Assembly: GCA_965662235.1 (NCBI GenBank)
Contig: CBFIGY010000001.1
Location: 160,001 to 224,000, forward strand
Direction of reading: 5' to 3'
Length of the DNA: 64,000 bases
DNA from: an uncultured bacterium
GTDB taxonomy: Bacteria > SAR324 > NAC60-12
A program made the position numbers and the translations under genes. The notes under the pieces are model-generated. The model saw nothing but the letters and a program-made list of their open reading frames with translations, was not told the DNA's origin and did no database searches. Below are positions 1-12,338 of this stretch, piece after piece. The stretch's first letter is position 1; the number at the start of each line of letters is the position of its first letter.

Positions 1-330
1 ATGCAGGATGACGTTGGTGGGCTGGAAGTGCAGGGACGGGACCGGCAGTGGGTCCCGGCGCCCTCCATTCCGGGGACCATTCTGATCAACAGCGGCGACC
101 TGCTGGCCCGCTGGACCAACGATGTCTTTTGCTCCACCCCACACCGTGTGGTGCTTCCACAAACAGAAGAGCAGAACCGTTCCCGTCAATCTCTGGCTTT
201 CTTTTGCCACCCAAATTTCGATGCGCAGGTGAGCTGCATTGAATCCTGTACTGACTCGGATCACCCGGCTCAGTACCCCCCGATCGGAGCTGGGGAATAC
301 CTGCTCTGGCGCCTCAGTCAATCCTACTGA
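1..330 (+). CDS. 2-oxoglutarate/Fe(II)-dependent oxygenase, isopenicillin N synthase-like (C-terminal part; 5' end outside window)
   Basis: QDDVGGLEV, INSGDLLARWTND, distal His in STPHRV and RxS 2OG-binding motif (RQSLAFF). Confidence 0.85.
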   Translation: MQDDVGGLEVQGRDRQWVPAPSIPGTILINSGDLLARWTNDVFCSTPHRVVLPQTEEQNRSRQSLAFFCHPNFDAQVSCIESCTDSDHPAQYPPIGAGEYLLWRLSQSY

Positions 331-345
331 ATCAGGAGTTCACGA

Positions 346-1389
346 ATGAAAAAACTGTTCCTCACTCTCCTCAGCTCGGCCCTTCTTCTGGGAAGCCAAG
401 CGCTGGCCAAGCCCTCCGTTGGCTTTGTGTACGTGGGTCCCATTGGAGACGGCGGCTGGACGCAGGCGCATGACAAGGGACGCCGGCACCTGGAAAGCCT
501 GGGTTACAAGACCCAATACGTTGAGTCGGTTCCGGAGTCTGATTCAGAGAAGGTCATCCGGCGGTTGGCCCAGCGCAACGACATGGTCATCACCACCTCT
601 TTTGGCTTCATGGACCCCACCGAACGGGTGGCCAACATGATGTCTGACAAGATGTTCCTGCACATCTCCGGGTTCAAGATGAACGACTCGAACTTCGGAA
701 ATGCCACCTGCCGGCAGTATCAGCCGCGCTACCTCGCTGGCATTGCCGCCGGACTGCTGACCAAGAACAACAAGATCGGCTTTGTCGGCTCCTACCCCAT
801 TCCGGAGGTGCTTGCAGGGATCAACTCCATGGTCATGGGCGCCCGCTCAGTCAATCCCGCTGTGGAAGCCGAGATCGTCTGGATCAACTCCTGGTTTGAC
901 CCCCCCAAGGACCTCGAAGCCGCCAAGGCACTCGCCAGCAGCAACAACGATGTGCTCTTCACCACCACGGACTCCCCATCAGTCATTCAGGTGGCCCAGG
1001 AGCGAGGCCTGTGGGCTGTCGGCAACGACCAGGACATGAGTGAGTACGGCAAGGACGCACAGATCACCGCCCCGATCTTTGACTGGGCTCCGATGTATGA
1101 GTACCACCTCAAGCGCCTGGAAGCCGGCACCTGGAAGCCCGAGTCTCAGTTCTGGGGCATTGAAACCGGATGCGTCGAGCTCGCCCCTTGGGGTCCAAAG
1201 GTGCCGCAGTCGGTTCAGGAGCAGGTGGATGCCGTCAAGGCCCGCATGGTCGCCAAGGAGTTTGACGTGTTTGACGGTGGCGTCACCAAGCAAGACGGAA
1301 CCAAGGTTGCCGGTCCGCTGCCCTTGGATCAGATCCTGTCAATGAACTACTTTGTGGAAGGCATCATCTCGCCCTTCCCGAACAACTAA
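346..1389 (+). CDS. BMP-family ABC transporter substrate-binding protein (purine/nucleoside-type)
   Basis: Signal peptide, VGFVYVGPIGDGGWTQAHD, YLAGIAAG, SWFDP motifs; AGGAG RBS upstream. Confidence 0.9.
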   Translation: MKKLFLTLLSSALLLGSQALAKPSVGFVYVGPIGDGGWTQAHDKGRRHLESLGYKTQYVESVPESDSEKVIRRLAQRNDMVITTSFGFMDPTERVANMMSDKMFLHISGFKMNDSNFGNATCRQYQPRYLAGIAAGLLTKNNKIGFVGSYPIPEVLAGINSMVMGARSVNPAVEAEIVWINSWFDPPKDLEAAKALASSNNDVLFTTTDSPSVIQVAQERGLWAVGNDQDMSEYGKDAQITAPIFDWAPMYEYHLKRLEAGTWKPESQFWGIETGCVELAPWGPKVPQSVQEQVDAVKARMVAKEFDVFDGGVTKQDGTKVAGPLPLDQILSMNYFVEGIISPFPNN

Positions 1390-1413
1390 TCCTCGCTTTC
1401 CTTCCGAGTTGCC

Positions 1414-1716
1414 ATGCACCTGACCCCACGTGAAATGGAAAAGCTGATGGTCTTTACGGCCGGTGAACTGGCGCGCAAGCGCAAGGGCCGGGGCCTGAAG
1501 CTCAATCACCCTGAAGCCGTGGCTTACATCACCTCCGAACTGCTTGAGGAGATCCGCAACGGAAAAACCGTGGTCGAGGTCATGGAACTCGGACGCCACC
1601 TCCTCTCCCGAGAGGAGGTCATGGAAGGCGTTCCGGAGATGATTCCGGAAATCCAGGTCGAAGGGACCTTCCCAGACGGCACCAAGCTGGTGACCGTCCA
1701 CAACCCCATTCCCTAA
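1414..1716 (+). CDS. ureA: Urease subunit gamma
   Basis: [38 protein letters not shown]. Confidence 0.98.
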   Translation: MHLTPREMEKLMVFTAGELARKRKGRGLKLNHPEAVAYITSELLEEIRNGKTVVEVMELGRHLLSREEVMEGVPEMIPEIQVEGTFPDGTKLVTVHNPIP

Positions 1717-1724
1717 AGCACAGC

Positions 1725-2084
1725 ATGGTTCCGGGAGAATACCGCATTCAGTCCACCCCCATTGACGCCAACCCCGGACGGGCCACCACCCGGATCGTGG
1801 TGCACAACACCGGCGATCGCCCCATCCAGGTCGGCTCCCACTTTCACTTCTTTGAAGCCAACCGCTGGCTCCGGTTTGAGCGCGAAGCCGCCTATGGCAT
1901 GCGCCTCAACCTCCCTGCTGGCACCGCCGTACGGTTTGAGCCCGGAGACTCCAAGGAAGTGGAACTGGTCGCCCTCGCAGGCAACCGACGTGTGTTCGGC
2001 TTCAACGGCCTGGTCAACGGAGACCTCGACCACCCGGACGTCCAGCAACGCGCCCTTGAGGCGGTCCGTGAATTTGCCAAGTAG
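1725..2084 (+). CDS. ureB: Urease subunit beta
   Basis: [42 protein letters not shown]. Confidence 0.98.
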   Translation: MVPGEYRIQSTPIDANPGRATTRIVVHNTGDRPIQVGSHFHFFEANRWLRFEREAAYGMRLNLPAGTAVRFEPGDSKEVELVALAGNRRVFGFNGLVNGDLDHPDVQQRALEAVREFAK

Positions 2085-2092
2085 GAGCCTTC

Positions 2093-3796
<1,704 letters not shown>

Positions 3797-3798
3797 AT

Positions 3799-4257
3799 AT
3801 GGATATTGTTGTTCAAATTCACCCGTGGGAAGAGCTGCGGGCCCTGCATCCCGACCTTCCCACTCAAACCCTGACCCTGCCGTGGGAAGAGCGATGCCGC
3901 AGCCACGGCAAGCACACCACCGATCAGGGGCACCGCTTTGGGCTTTCGCTGGAGTCCGGAAGCACCCTCTCTGCCGGACAGGGCTTCCTTCTGCCCCAGA
4001 CCTCACAATTGGTCGAGGTCAAGGAAGCTCCAGAGGCGCTCTATCAGGTTCATCCGGAATCGCATCACGACTGGGCCTACCTTTCTTATCAGATTGGCAA
4101 CCGGCACCTGGCCCTGATGATTCAGCCAGAGGGGCTGTTCTGCCTTGCGGAACCAGCGTCTCGGCTCCTGCTGGAGCAGCTCCAGGTCCCCTTCTCAGAA
4201 GTCGCTGCGCCCTTCACGCCTGCCTTGAAGTTCAGTGGACACGCGCACCCGCACTGA
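3799..4257 (+). CDS. ureE: Urease accessory protein UreE
   Basis: YQIGNRH motif, short C-terminal His tail GHAHPH, position in cluster. Confidence 0.85.
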   Translation: MDIVVQIHPWEELRALHPDLPTQTLTLPWEERCRSHGKHTTDQGHRFGLSLESGSTLSAGQGFLLPQTSQLVEVKEAPEALYQVHPESHHDWAYLSYQIGNRHLALMIQPEGLFCLAEPASRLLLEQLQVPFSEVAAPFTPALKFSGHAHPH

Positions 4258-4969
4258 CCCGCTTCTGCCTTCTCACACGCCGGACCTGCTCCAGCAGCTG
4301 CGCCTGCTCCAGTTGTGCGACAGCGCGTTTCCTACAGGCGCCTTTGCCTACTCCGATGGACTGGAAACGGCAGTGCATACCGGACACGTCTGCACTGCCG
4401 CCGATCTGTACACCTGGATGACAGACTGGCTTCAGCACACCTTCCGGCCCCTCGAAGGCCCGGCCCTCGTGCAGGCCATGCGCGCCTGGACGCAGCAAGA
4501 CCTTCCACGTCTGCAAGCACTCGATGAGGCCCTCACCGCCTTTCGCCCGGCGGCTGCAACCCGGATCAGCTCCACAACACTCGGCAAGCGCTTGCTCAAA
4601 GCCACTCTGCCCCAAGACGCCTCTGGCTCGCTGCAGACGCTGGAACAGCAGCTGCGCACTCGACAGCTTCCGGGCAACCACCTGCTCGTCTGGGGCGTGC
4701 TGGCCGCCACGTTCCAGTTTCCGGAAGCCACTGCTGCTTCGGCCTTTGCCTTTCAACGCCTGAACAGCACCGTTTCAGCCGCACTCCGACTCTTCTCCAT
4801 TGGGCAGCAGGCTGGGCAGCAGGTACTCTCAGAGCTCCTGACGCAGGTGCCCGCAGTCGTTGACGTGCTGCTCCAGCAACCGGAGGCGCCTCTGCAGACC
4901 TTCAATCCCTGGCAGGATGTGGCGCAGATGAACCACCGTTTCCTCTACACCCGACTCTTTCGGTCCTAA
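4235..4969 (+). CDS. ureF: Urease accessory protein UreF (GTG start; exact start uncertain)
   Basis: [20 protein letters not shown] and C-terminal [11 protein letters not shown]. Confidence 0.93.
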   Translation: MDTRTRTDPLLPSHTPDLLQQLRLLQLCDSAFPTGAFAYSDGLETAVHTGHVCTAADLYTWMTDWLQHTFRPLEGPALVQAMRAWTQQDLPRLQALDEALTAFRPAAATRISSTTLGKRLLKATLPQDASGSLQTLEQQLRTRQLPGNHLLVWGVLAATFQFPEATAASAFAFQRLNSTVSAALRLFSIGQQAGQQVLSELLTQVPAVVDVLLQQPEAPLQTFNPWQDVAQMNHRFLYTRLFRS

Positions 4970-4989
4970 CCTTCTCCCACAAGTCTGAC

Positions 4990-5616
4990 ATGCGCAAACC
5001 CGTCAAAATTGGCATTGGAGGCCCGGTTGGTTCTGGGAAAACCGCCCTCTTGGATCGGCTCTGCAAGGCCATGCGAGACCACTACCAGCTGGCCGTGGTC
5101 ACCAACGACATCTTCACCCGCGAAGACATGGAGTTTCTCATCCGCAGCGAAGCCCTGCCAGCAGAGCGCATCCGTGGGGTCGAAACCGGAGGCTGTCCCC
5201 ACACCGCCATCCGTGAAGATGCCTCGCTGAACTTTGAGGCCATTGAGCAGCTCATTGACGACTTCCCCCAGCTCGACCTCGTCTTTGTCGAAAGCGGCGG
5301 AGACAACCTTGCGGCCAGCTTCAGTCCCGAACTGGTTGATGCGTCCCTATACGTCATTGACGTCTCAGGAGGAGACAAGGTTCCCCGGAAGGGAGGCCCC
5401 GGGGTCACCCGTTCCGATCTGCTGGTGATCAACAAGATCGACCTGGCCCCAATGGTCGGCGCCAGCCTAGAGGTCATGGACCGTGACGCCCGGAAGATGC
5501 GTGGAGAGCGCCCCTTCATCTTCAGTAACCTGAAGTCCGGAGAGGGCCTCGACGCAATCATCCACTGGATTCGGACGGAGCTGCTCTTCGAAGAACCCAC
5601 TGGCGCGTCTGCATGA
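4990..5616 (+). CDS. ureG: Urease accessory GTPase UreG
   Basis: [10 protein letters not shown]-loop, [26 protein letters not shown]. Confidence 0.98.
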   Translation: MRKPVKIGIGGPVGSGKTALLDRLCKAMRDHYQLAVVTNDIFTREDMEFLIRSEALPAERIRGVETGGCPHTAIREDASLNFEAIEQLIDDFPQLDLVFVESGGDNLAASFSPELVDASLYVIDVSGGDKVPRKGGPGVTRSDLLVINKIDLAPMVGASLEVMDRDARKMRGERPFIFSNLKSGEGLDAIIHWIRTELLFEEPTGASA

Positions 5617-6464
5617 GCACGGCGCTCTCTTCCATTGGACGGCAGGCGACCCTCGCACTCACCTTCGCAGCCCAGCAGGGACGGACGGTTCTGGAGCATG
5701 CCCGCGTGGAGACGCCCCTGAAGGTCACCCGGCCCTACTGGCCCGATGACTCCGGAACCGCACACGTGATCCTGATGAGCCCGGCCCCCGGACTCTTTGG
5801 CGGTGACGAGTGGACCCTCCGGATCCGGGTGCGTTCCGGGGCCAAGGTCCGCCTGACGCCCCAAGGCGCCCTGCGGGTTCACCCAACGCCCTCGGCAGTA
5901 CCAGCCCTCCAGCATGTCGAGCTGCTGGTGGAAGACGGCGCTGCCCTCAGCTGGGAGATGGAACCGGTGATTCCCTTCCGGGATTCCCTCCTCCAGCAAA
6001 CGGTTCACCTGCAGGTTGCGCCCAAGGGGCGGTTGCTCTACTGGGATGCCTTCTGTTCCGGGCGCGTGATGCATGGTGAGACCTGGGCCTTCCGGAGTTT
6101 TTCCCAAGACCTTTCCTGCTGGCAAGCAGAGCGGCTCCTCCTTCGAGACCGCTTTCACCTCAATCCCGCAGCACTTCCGGTGCCCAGCCAGGGCATGCAC
6201 TGGTTTGCCGGAGCGCTCTGGCATCACCCTGAGGCCGAAGCGTGGCTGCTCGACTCTGCAACCGCAGTGCAGGAGTCTCCTGCTCCCCACTGGGGGCTGG
6301 ACGCTCCCGACCCTTCCCTGCTCGTCCTCCGTGGGCTTGCCCCGTCTGGCGTGGCTTACCGCCGGACCGCTGACGCGCTGCGTGCCCAGCTCCGGAGCGC
6401 TCTCTTTGAGAACCCCTCACGCCCCCTTCACTTTCCCTCCTGCGATTTTCCGGACAACTCCTGA
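5613..6464 (+). CDS. ureD: Urease accessory protein UreD
   Basis: [29 protein letters not shown] motifs; ATGA overlap with ureG. Confidence 0.9.
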   Translation: MSTALSSIGRQATLALTFAAQQGRTVLEHARVETPLKVTRPYWPDDSGTAHVILMSPAPGLFGGDEWTLRIRVRSGAKVRLTPQGALRVHPTPSAVPALQHVELLVEDGAALSWEMEPVIPFRDSLLQQTVHLQVAPKGRLLYWDAFCSGRVMHGETWAFRSFSQDLSCWQAERLLLRDRFHLNPAALPVPSQGMHWFAGALWHHPEAEAWLLDSATAVQESPAPHWGLDAPDPSLLVLRGLAPSGVAYRRTADALRAQLRSALFENPSRPLHFPSCDFPDNS

Positions 6465-6480
6465 GCGCTGCAAAAAGTCG

Positions 6481-6509
6481 TTGCGTTGCGAAAGGGGATG
6501 CAGTAACGT
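6481..6509 (+). promoter_or_regulatory. Sigma70-type promoter for the gntR-mtnK-ABC operon
   Basis: TTGCGT (6481-6486), 17-nt spacer, TAACGT (6504-6509). Confidence 0.6.
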
Positions 6510-6517
6510 TCCTAGGA

Positions 6518-6540
6518 CCTAAGACATCAGACGTCTTAGG
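6518..6540. promoter_or_regulatory. Palindromic operator, probable GntR-family binding site
   Basis: Perfect 8-bp inverted repeat CCTAAGAC-N7-GTCTTAGG just downstream of the predicted -10 box. Confidence 0.65.
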
Positions 6541-6578
6541 AGATACGATCGTGCCCCCTTACGGAGACTTCAGAAGCC

Positions 6579-7316
6579 ATGCTCCTTCGAGTGGACAAGC
6601 CCTTGGTTCGACGCGTTCAGGACGCCATCCTGCGTTTGATCCGAGAAGAGCACCTGCAGCCCGGCGACAAGATTCTTAGCGAAACCGAGCTGGGACAGCT
6701 TCTGGGCGTGGGCCGTTCCACGCTCCGCGAGGCTGTGGGGCACCTAGAGGAGCAGGGCATTTTGCAGAAGTCTCACGGACGGGGGACCTTCCTCCGGCAG
6801 TTGCCCATTGTGCTGGAGAGCGGGCTGGAAAACCTCACCAGCGTGACCGAGCACATCCGGAAGGTTGGCGCCCGCCCCTCCACCCGACGCATGGAGGTGC
6901 AGCAGGTCCCGGCCGATGAGACCCTGGCTCAGAAACTGAGCATTGCCTCGGGCACCCCGTGCTACCGGATTGAGCGGGTCCGCTTTGCCGACGAGGTTCC
7001 GGCCGCTTACTGCATTGACATCATCCCGGCGCCCTACCTGCCGCATCAGGCCACCGAAGAAGCGCTGCAGGGCTCCCTCTTTGAGCTGCTGGAGGTCAAT
7101 GAACACCCGGTCTCCTACACCGAGAGCTACATCTCTCCCACCCTGCTCACCCAGCAGGACCTTCCGGAGCTTCCCGACCGGCAGGCGTTCTTTCTCCTTT
7201 TTGAGGAGATCAACTTTGACACCAGTGGACTCCCTGTCTGCTACAGCAACGACTACTACAGCAGCCAGGTGTTTGAGTTCAAAATCATTCGAAAACGTTC
7301 GTTTGCGCAACATTGA
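6579..7316 (+). CDS. GntR-family transcriptional regulator, HutC subfamily (UTRA domain)
   Basis: N-terminal wHTH (SETELGQLLGVGRSTLREAV...GRGTF) and C-terminal UTRA-like domain (IERVRFAD, SLFELLE). Confidence 0.92.
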   Translation: MLLRVDKPLVRRVQDAILRLIREEHLQPGDKILSETELGQLLGVGRSTLREAVGHLEEQGILQKSHGRGTFLRQLPIVLESGLENLTSVTEHIRKVGARPSTRRMEVQQVPADETLAQKLSIASGTPCYRIERVRFADEVPAAYCIDIIPAPYLPHQATEEALQGSLFELLEVNEHPVSYTESYISPTLLTQQDLPELPDRQAFFLLFEEINFDTSGLPVCYSNDYYSSQVFEFKIIRKRSFAQH

Positions 7317-7327
7317 TGAGGAGGTTT

Positions 7328-8584
7328 ATGGAATACCGACAGCTGACCGTTGAAACCGTCCCCGCCTACCTCCAGGAGCTTCCCGAGGTGCAGGCGGTGT
7401 TCCGAGACTTTGAAAACCTGGACGTGGAAGAGGTTGGAGACGGAAACCTGAACTTCGTCTACAAGGTCCGGCATGCTCAGGACCCAACGCAGACGGTTGT
7501 GGTGAAGCAAGCAGTGCCGTTTCTGCGCATTGTCGGCGAATCGTGGCCCCTCTCCCGGGAGCGCATGAACTTTGAGATTCAGGCGCTGGAGCATCAAGCC
7601 CAGTACTGCCCCCAACACGTTCCCAAGGTCTTCCACTCGTCTACCGACATGTCACTGGTGGTGATGCAGAACCTCGATCAGCATGCGGTCCTGCGGGGGG
7701 AAATGATTCAGGGCAAGGTCTTTCCCAAGCTTGCCGATCACGTTTCGACCTTTCTCGCCGACACGCTCTTTCCCACCACAGACTGGAGTCTCAGCGGCGC
7801 CGACAAGAAAGCGATGGTGGCCCGCTTCATCAATCCGGAGCTGTGCAAGATCACGGAGGACTTTGTCTTCACCAACCCCTATGAAGACCATGAGACCAAC
7901 GCGTACCACGAGCAGGTGACGCAGGCAGACAAGGACTTCCTGCAGCAGGATCCGCAGCTCAAGGTGGCCGTGGCAGAAATGAAGTACCGCTTCATGAACC
8001 ATGCAGAGGCCCTGATTCACGGAGACCTGCACATTGGCAGCATCATGGCCAATGAAGAGGAAACCTACGTCATTGATCCGGAGTTCGCGTTTTTTGGTCC
8101 CATCGGTTTTGACGTGGGGGCCTTCTTGGGCAACCTCCTGCTTGCCTACTTCGCCCATGAGGTCCGCCAGCCCCTGCTGGGCAAGGCGCCCTACGCCTAC
8201 CGAAACTGGATCCTCCGGACCTTCACCAGCACCTGGAATCAGTTTCAGGTGAAGTTTGACCAACGCTGGGTGGAGCATGAAGCCAAGCAGCCCAGCTCCT
8301 ACTGGGACTTCCCCGACGGAGCCTCCGGTTTTGCTCTGCAGCGGACCCGGTACCTGCGTCAGGTCTTTTCGGACACCCTGGGCTTTGCCGCGTGCAAGAT
8401 GATGCGTCGCATCTACGGACTCGCCAAGGTGGCGGACATTGCTGACCTTCCCGACCTAAACGCCCGTCTGGACGTGGAGCGCAAGGTGATGCGCATGGCG
8501 AAGATCATGGTTCAGCAGCGCGATCAGTTCCGGAACATTGAGGAGCTGGCCCTGCTGGCTCAAGAACTTTCTCCTCTCCGTTGA
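7328..8584 (+). CDS. mtnK: S-methyl-5-thioribose kinase (MtnK/DrdK family)
   Basis: EVGDGNLNFVY, KQAVPFLRIVGESWPL, LIHGDLHIGS, IDPEFAFFGPIGFDVG, RRIYGLAKVAD; GAGGAGG RBS before ATG 7328. Confidence 0.93.
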   Translation: MEYRQLTVETVPAYLQELPEVQAVFRDFENLDVEEVGDGNLNFVYKVRHAQDPTQTVVVKQAVPFLRIVGESWPLSRERMNFEIQALEHQAQYCPQHVPKVFHSSTDMSLVVMQNLDQHAVLRGEMIQGKVFPKLADHVSTFLADTLFPTTDWSLSGADKKAMVARFINPELCKITEDFVFTNPYEDHETNAYHEQVTQADKDFLQQDPQLKVAVAEMKYRFMNHAEALIHGDLHIGSIMANEEETYVIDPEFAFFGPIGFDVGAFLGNLLLAYFAHEVRQPLLGKAPYAYRNWILRTFTSTWNQFQVKFDQRWVEHEAKQPSSYWDFPDGASGFALQRTRYLRQVFSDTLGFAACKMMRRIYGLAKVADIADLPDLNARLDVERKVMRMAKIMVQQRDQFRNIEELALLAQELSPLR

Positions 8585-8587
8585 GCC

Positions 8588-10105
8588 ATGAGCCAACCGA
8601 CTGTTGAGGTCCGGAACGTCGCCAAGTCCTTTGGAGCCACTCAGGCCCTGCGAGGGGTCTCGTTTGCGTTTCAGCCTGGGGAGATCTTCGCGCTCGTGGG
8701 AGCCAATGGCGCCGGGAAGTCCACGCTGATCAAGATCATCTGCGGCTACTATGAGGACTACGAAGGCGAGATCCTCATTGATGGACAAACCGCCCACTTT
8801 GCCAGTCCCCAAGACGCCTTCCGGCAGGGCATCCGGACGGTGCACCAGATCATCGACCAGGGCATTGTTCCCACCATGAGTGTGGCCGAAAACCTGGCCC
8901 TGAACGACCTGCTGGATCCAGGGTCCGGAGTCCGTTACCGGCGCTCTCTGATTCGGCAGCGGGCTCAGGAAATTGCCGAACCCCTGGAGCTGCAGATTCA
9001 CGACTGGGACCAGCCTGTTTCGGAACTGCCCCAGAGCGAGCGGCAGCTCATCAGCATCGCACGTTCGCTGGTGGGTCAGCCCAAGCTGCTGATCCTGGAT
9101 GAACCCACCTCCTCGCTGAGCACCCGGGAGGCCGACCGGCTGTTTGAAAAGCTCGACCAGCTCCGGCAGCGGGGAGTTGCCATCGTGTATGTGTCTCACC
9201 GCCTTCACGAAGTGGAACGGCTCGCTGACCGGGCCGGTGTCATCCGGGACGGCATCAAAAGCGCCGACCTGCTGCGGCCCATCCGCTCTCAGGACCTAGT
9301 GGAAGCAATGGTGGGCCAGCTGGAGACCCATGCCGTCAAGCCTGTGGCCCAAGCTCAGAAGGGCGCGGTACGGCTTGAGCTGCGGAACCTCGTTGTGCAG
9401 CCCGGAAGCCCGCCCCTGAACCTGAAGCTCCGGGGAGGAGAGATCGCTGGCATCACCGGTCTGATCGGAGCCGGAAAGTCTGAACTGGCCGAAGTCCTCT
9501 ATGGCATCCGCACCCCGGTTTCTGGAGAGGTCCTCCTAGACGGGGTGCCGCTGGCGCCGGATTCGATTGCTGATGCCATTGGTCAGGGCATTCACCTGGT
9601 TCCAGAAGACCGGAGCAACCGCGCCGTCATTCCGCAGTTCAGCGTCAACCACAACCTCTCCCTTCCGTTCCTCCGGGCTTTCAGTCAGCTGGCAGTCTTG
9701 CGTCCGCGGCAGGAGCAGCAGGAGGCCGAGCGCATGGTCCGGAACCTCGGGGTGAAGTGCAGCGGCATTGATGCGGCCATCAGCAGCCTCTCCGGAGGCA
9801 ACCAACAGAAGGTCGTGGTCGCCCGCTGGCTGCAGAAGCGTTACCGGGTGCTGCTGCTGGATGAGCCCTTTCAGGGCGTCGACATCAAGTCTCGACATGA
9901 CATCATTCACTACCTCCGGGAGCAGCTTCAGGATGAGGTGGTCCTCGTCCTGGCTGCGGACCTAGATGAGGTTCTTGAAATTGCTGACCGCATCCTCGTG
10001 CTCAACCATGGACGCCTGATGGGCGAACAGGCTCGGGAGGCGCTCAACCGCCCGCAACTGCTGGAATGGATTTCCACCACCACTGTTATTGACGCTCATG
10101 TCTGA
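8588..10105 (+). CDS. Sugar (CUT2) ABC transporter ATP-binding protein
   Basis: Two ABC domains: GANGAGKST, LILDEPT, LSGGNQQK, LLLDEP. Confidence 0.95.
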   Translation: MSQPTVEVRNVAKSFGATQALRGVSFAFQPGEIFALVGANGAGKSTLIKIICGYYEDYEGEILIDGQTAHFASPQDAFRQGIRTVHQIIDQGIVPTMSVAENLALNDLLDPGSGVRYRRSLIRQRAQEIAEPLELQIHDWDQPVSELPQSERQLISIARSLVGQPKLLILDEPTSSLSTREADRLFEKLDQLRQRGVAIVYVSHRLHEVERLADRAGVIRDGIKSADLLRPIRSQDLVEAMVGQLETHAVKPVAQAQKGAVRLELRNLVVQPGSPPLNLKLRGGEIAGITGLIGAGKSELAEVLYGIRTPVSGEVLLDGVPLAPDSIADAIGQGIHLVPEDRSNRAVIPQFSVNHNLSLPFLRAFSQLAVLRPRQEQQEAERMVRNLGVKCSGIDAAISSLSGGNQQKVVVARWLQKRYRVLLLDEPFQGVDIKSRHDIIHYLREQLQDEVVLVLAADLDEVLEIADRILVLNHGRLMGEQAREALNRPQLLEWISTTTVIDAHV

Positions 10106-11123
10106 ATCACCTTCCTCAACCTCCGAAACCCCTTCGGCTCCTCAGCGGGACCTGAAGCAGTTCGCCATCCGGTACGGCTTCCTGATCGTTCTGGTGGCGC
10201 TGTATGGGCTGTTCAGCGTGCTGGAGCCCGCCTTTCTGACCTGGAGCAACCAGTTCTCCATCCTCCTCGGCATTGCCATCTATGGCATTTTGGCGTTGGG
10301 GGTGACGTTTACGCTGGTGGTGGATGGCCTCGACCTTTCCATTGGCGCCGTGGCGGCTTTGAGCGTGATGATCTCGTCGTACTGCATGGTCATCCTAGAG
10401 CAAGGGGCCGTGGTCAGCATCCTGATCTGCCTCGCCCTCGGAGCCTTCGTGGGCCTCTGCAACGGCCTGCTGATCGTCAAGATGAAGGTTCCGGACCTGC
10501 TCACAACGCTGGGCATGATGTTCCTCATCCAGGGCATTCAGCTCATTCCCTCGGCGGGTCGGACCATCAGCGAGGGCATGATCATGGAAAACGGAGAGGA
10601 GGCGCTGGGGTTCTTCGACTACAGCTTCCTCTACCTGGGGCAAGGACGTCTGTTTGGGATGATTCCGATTCCGGTGATTGTGATGCTGGGGATTGCGCTG
10701 CTGGTGTACGTGGTACTCGATCACACAAGGTGGGGCCGGGTGATGTATGCCATTGGGGGGAATCCGGAAGCGGCTCGCCTAGCAGGTGCTCCGGTGAACA
10801 CCTACCGCATCATGGCCTATGTCATCAGCGGGACCATTGCGTCCATCGGCGGCATCCTGCTCGTTGCGCGCGTGGGCGTGGGCGACATCACCAGCGGCAC
10901 CGGACTGCTGCTTGATGCCGTCGGCGCAGCGCTGATCGGTTTCGCCGTCTTTGGGGTCCGGCGCCCCAATCCCTTTGGCACCCTCGTGGGCGCCATTTTC
11001 ATCGGCATGCTGCTCAATGGCCTGACCATGCTCAGCCTGCCGTACTACACTCAGGACTTCATCAAGGGAACCGTGTTGGTGCTCTCGTTGATGTTCACCT
11101 TTGCGTTAGCCAAGCGTTCCTAG
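10098..11123 (+). CDS. Sugar (CUT2) ABC transporter permease
   Basis: GLDLSIG, WGRVMYAIGGNPEAARLAG, multiple TM segments. Confidence 0.95.
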   Translation: MSESPSSTSETPSAPQRDLKQFAIRYGFLIVLVALYGLFSVLEPAFLTWSNQFSILLGIAIYGILALGVTFTLVVDGLDLSIGAVAALSVMISSYCMVILEQGAVVSILICLALGAFVGLCNGLLIVKMKVPDLLTTLGMMFLIQGIQLIPSAGRTISEGMIMENGEEALGFFDYSFLYLGQGRLFGMIPIPVIVMLGIALLVYVVLDHTRWGRVMYAIGGNPEAARLAGAPVNTYRIMAYVISGTIASIGGILLVARVGVGDITSGTGLLLDAVGAALIGFAVFGVRRPNPFGTLVGAIFIGMLLNGLTMLSLPYYTQDFIKGTVLVLSLMFTFALAKRS

Positions 11124-11185
11124 CCTCGACTAGGAAACCCGGGGGGAGGGCTCTCCCCCATCTTGTTCTCAATCAGGAGACTCAC

Positions 11186-12241
11186 ATGAAAAAACTGCTT
11201 TCCGCCATCTGCGTGATGCTGCTCTGGATCACCCCAGTGCTGGCGCAATCACTGGACAAGGCCCCGCCCCCGTTCAACGGTGACAAGAAGCTCAAAGTGG
11301 CGCTGATTCAGCTGCTTGTGGAAGGGGAGTTCATGCAGACCTTCCGCTCCGGCGCTCAGCGACAGGCGGAGATGCTGGGCATGGAGTTCTATGCGCTGAA
11401 CACCAAGAATGCAGACAACAAGGCGCAGGCCGATGCAGTGGACCGGGCCATCAGCCTGGGCGTGGATGGAATTCTGCTCAGCCACGGACGTCCGGAGACG
11501 ATGCGGGAGCCGATTCAGCGGGCGCTCGACGCCGGAATCAAGGTTGTTGCCTTTGACATCTACTTTGAGAACCTGACCAACATCGTCACCCACATGGCAC
11601 AGGATGACGTCCTGCTCGGCCAAATGGCTCTGGACGCACTGGTGGCAGACTTCAATGGCAAGGCCAACGTGGGCTACATCTACGTCCCTGGCGTGTTGCC
11701 CCTGGACAAGCGCGACAGCAGCTTCACCAAGGTCAAGGCCGAGCACTCCGGAATTCAGGAAATTGCCCGCCACGGCACCCTGGAGTCCCCCATCTCCACC
11801 AAAAACGCCGATCAGGTCAAGGCCACCCTGCAGGCCAATCGCAACATCAACGCCTACTTTGCACCGTATGATGAGTTTGCCAAGGGCGTTGTGATTGCGT
11901 TGCGGGAGCTGAACATGAGCGACCAGGTGAAGGTCTACAGTGCCGACATCAGCACCGCAGACATCCGCCAGATGACGGCTCCGGGATCCCCATGGGTGGC
12001 CACGGCTGCCACAAACCCGGCGGCCATTGGCGCCACCGGCATCCGCGCCGTTGCCATGAAGCTCACCGGCGAGTACCTGCCCCAAGAGATCACCATTCCG
12101 CCCATGCTCTTCACGCAGGACATGCTGCGTGAGAAGGACGTGAAGCGCTTCAACGACCTCTTTGAAAAATTCCCTGAGTTCAACACCGTGGACCGCGCCA
12201 GCGCTCCGTGGATTCCGCGTGACTCTTCCGGGAAGTTCTAA
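11186..12241 (+). CDS. Sugar ABC transporter periplasmic binding protein (probable methylthioribose/deoxyribose-type substrate)
   Basis: Signal peptide, RbsB-like features (GIKVVAFD, YDEFAKG, VYSADIS); in operon with mtnK. Confidence 0.85.
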   Translation: MKKLLSAICVMLLWITPVLAQSLDKAPPPFNGDKKLKVALIQLLVEGEFMQTFRSGAQRQAEMLGMEFYALNTKNADNKAQADAVDRAISLGVDGILLSHGRPETMREPIQRALDAGIKVVAFDIYFENLTNIVTHMAQDDVLLGQMALDALVADFNGKANVGYIYVPGVLPLDKRDSSFTKVKAEHSGIQEIARHGTLESPISTKNADQVKATLQANRNINAYFAPYDEFAKGVVIALRELNMSDQVKVYSADISTADIRQMTAPGSPWVATAATNPAAIGATGIRAVAMKLTGEYLPQEITIPPMLFTQDMLREKDVKRFNDLFEKFPEFNTVDRASAPWIPRDSSGKF

Positions 12242-12249
12242 TTCATTCA

Positions 12250-12307
12250 GGCGGGCTCAGGGCCCGTCTTGACTCCCGTCTCTGAGGCGCTGGTTCACAG
12301 GCGCCTC
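12250..12307. terminator. Two GC-rich hairpins between convergent genes
   Basis: GGCGGGC/GCCCGTC and GAGGCGC/GCGCCTC stems; no clean U-tract. Confidence 0.4.
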
Positions 12308-12338
12308 TCGCCCCTCCCAGCCCCTTCTGCTTTTTCCC

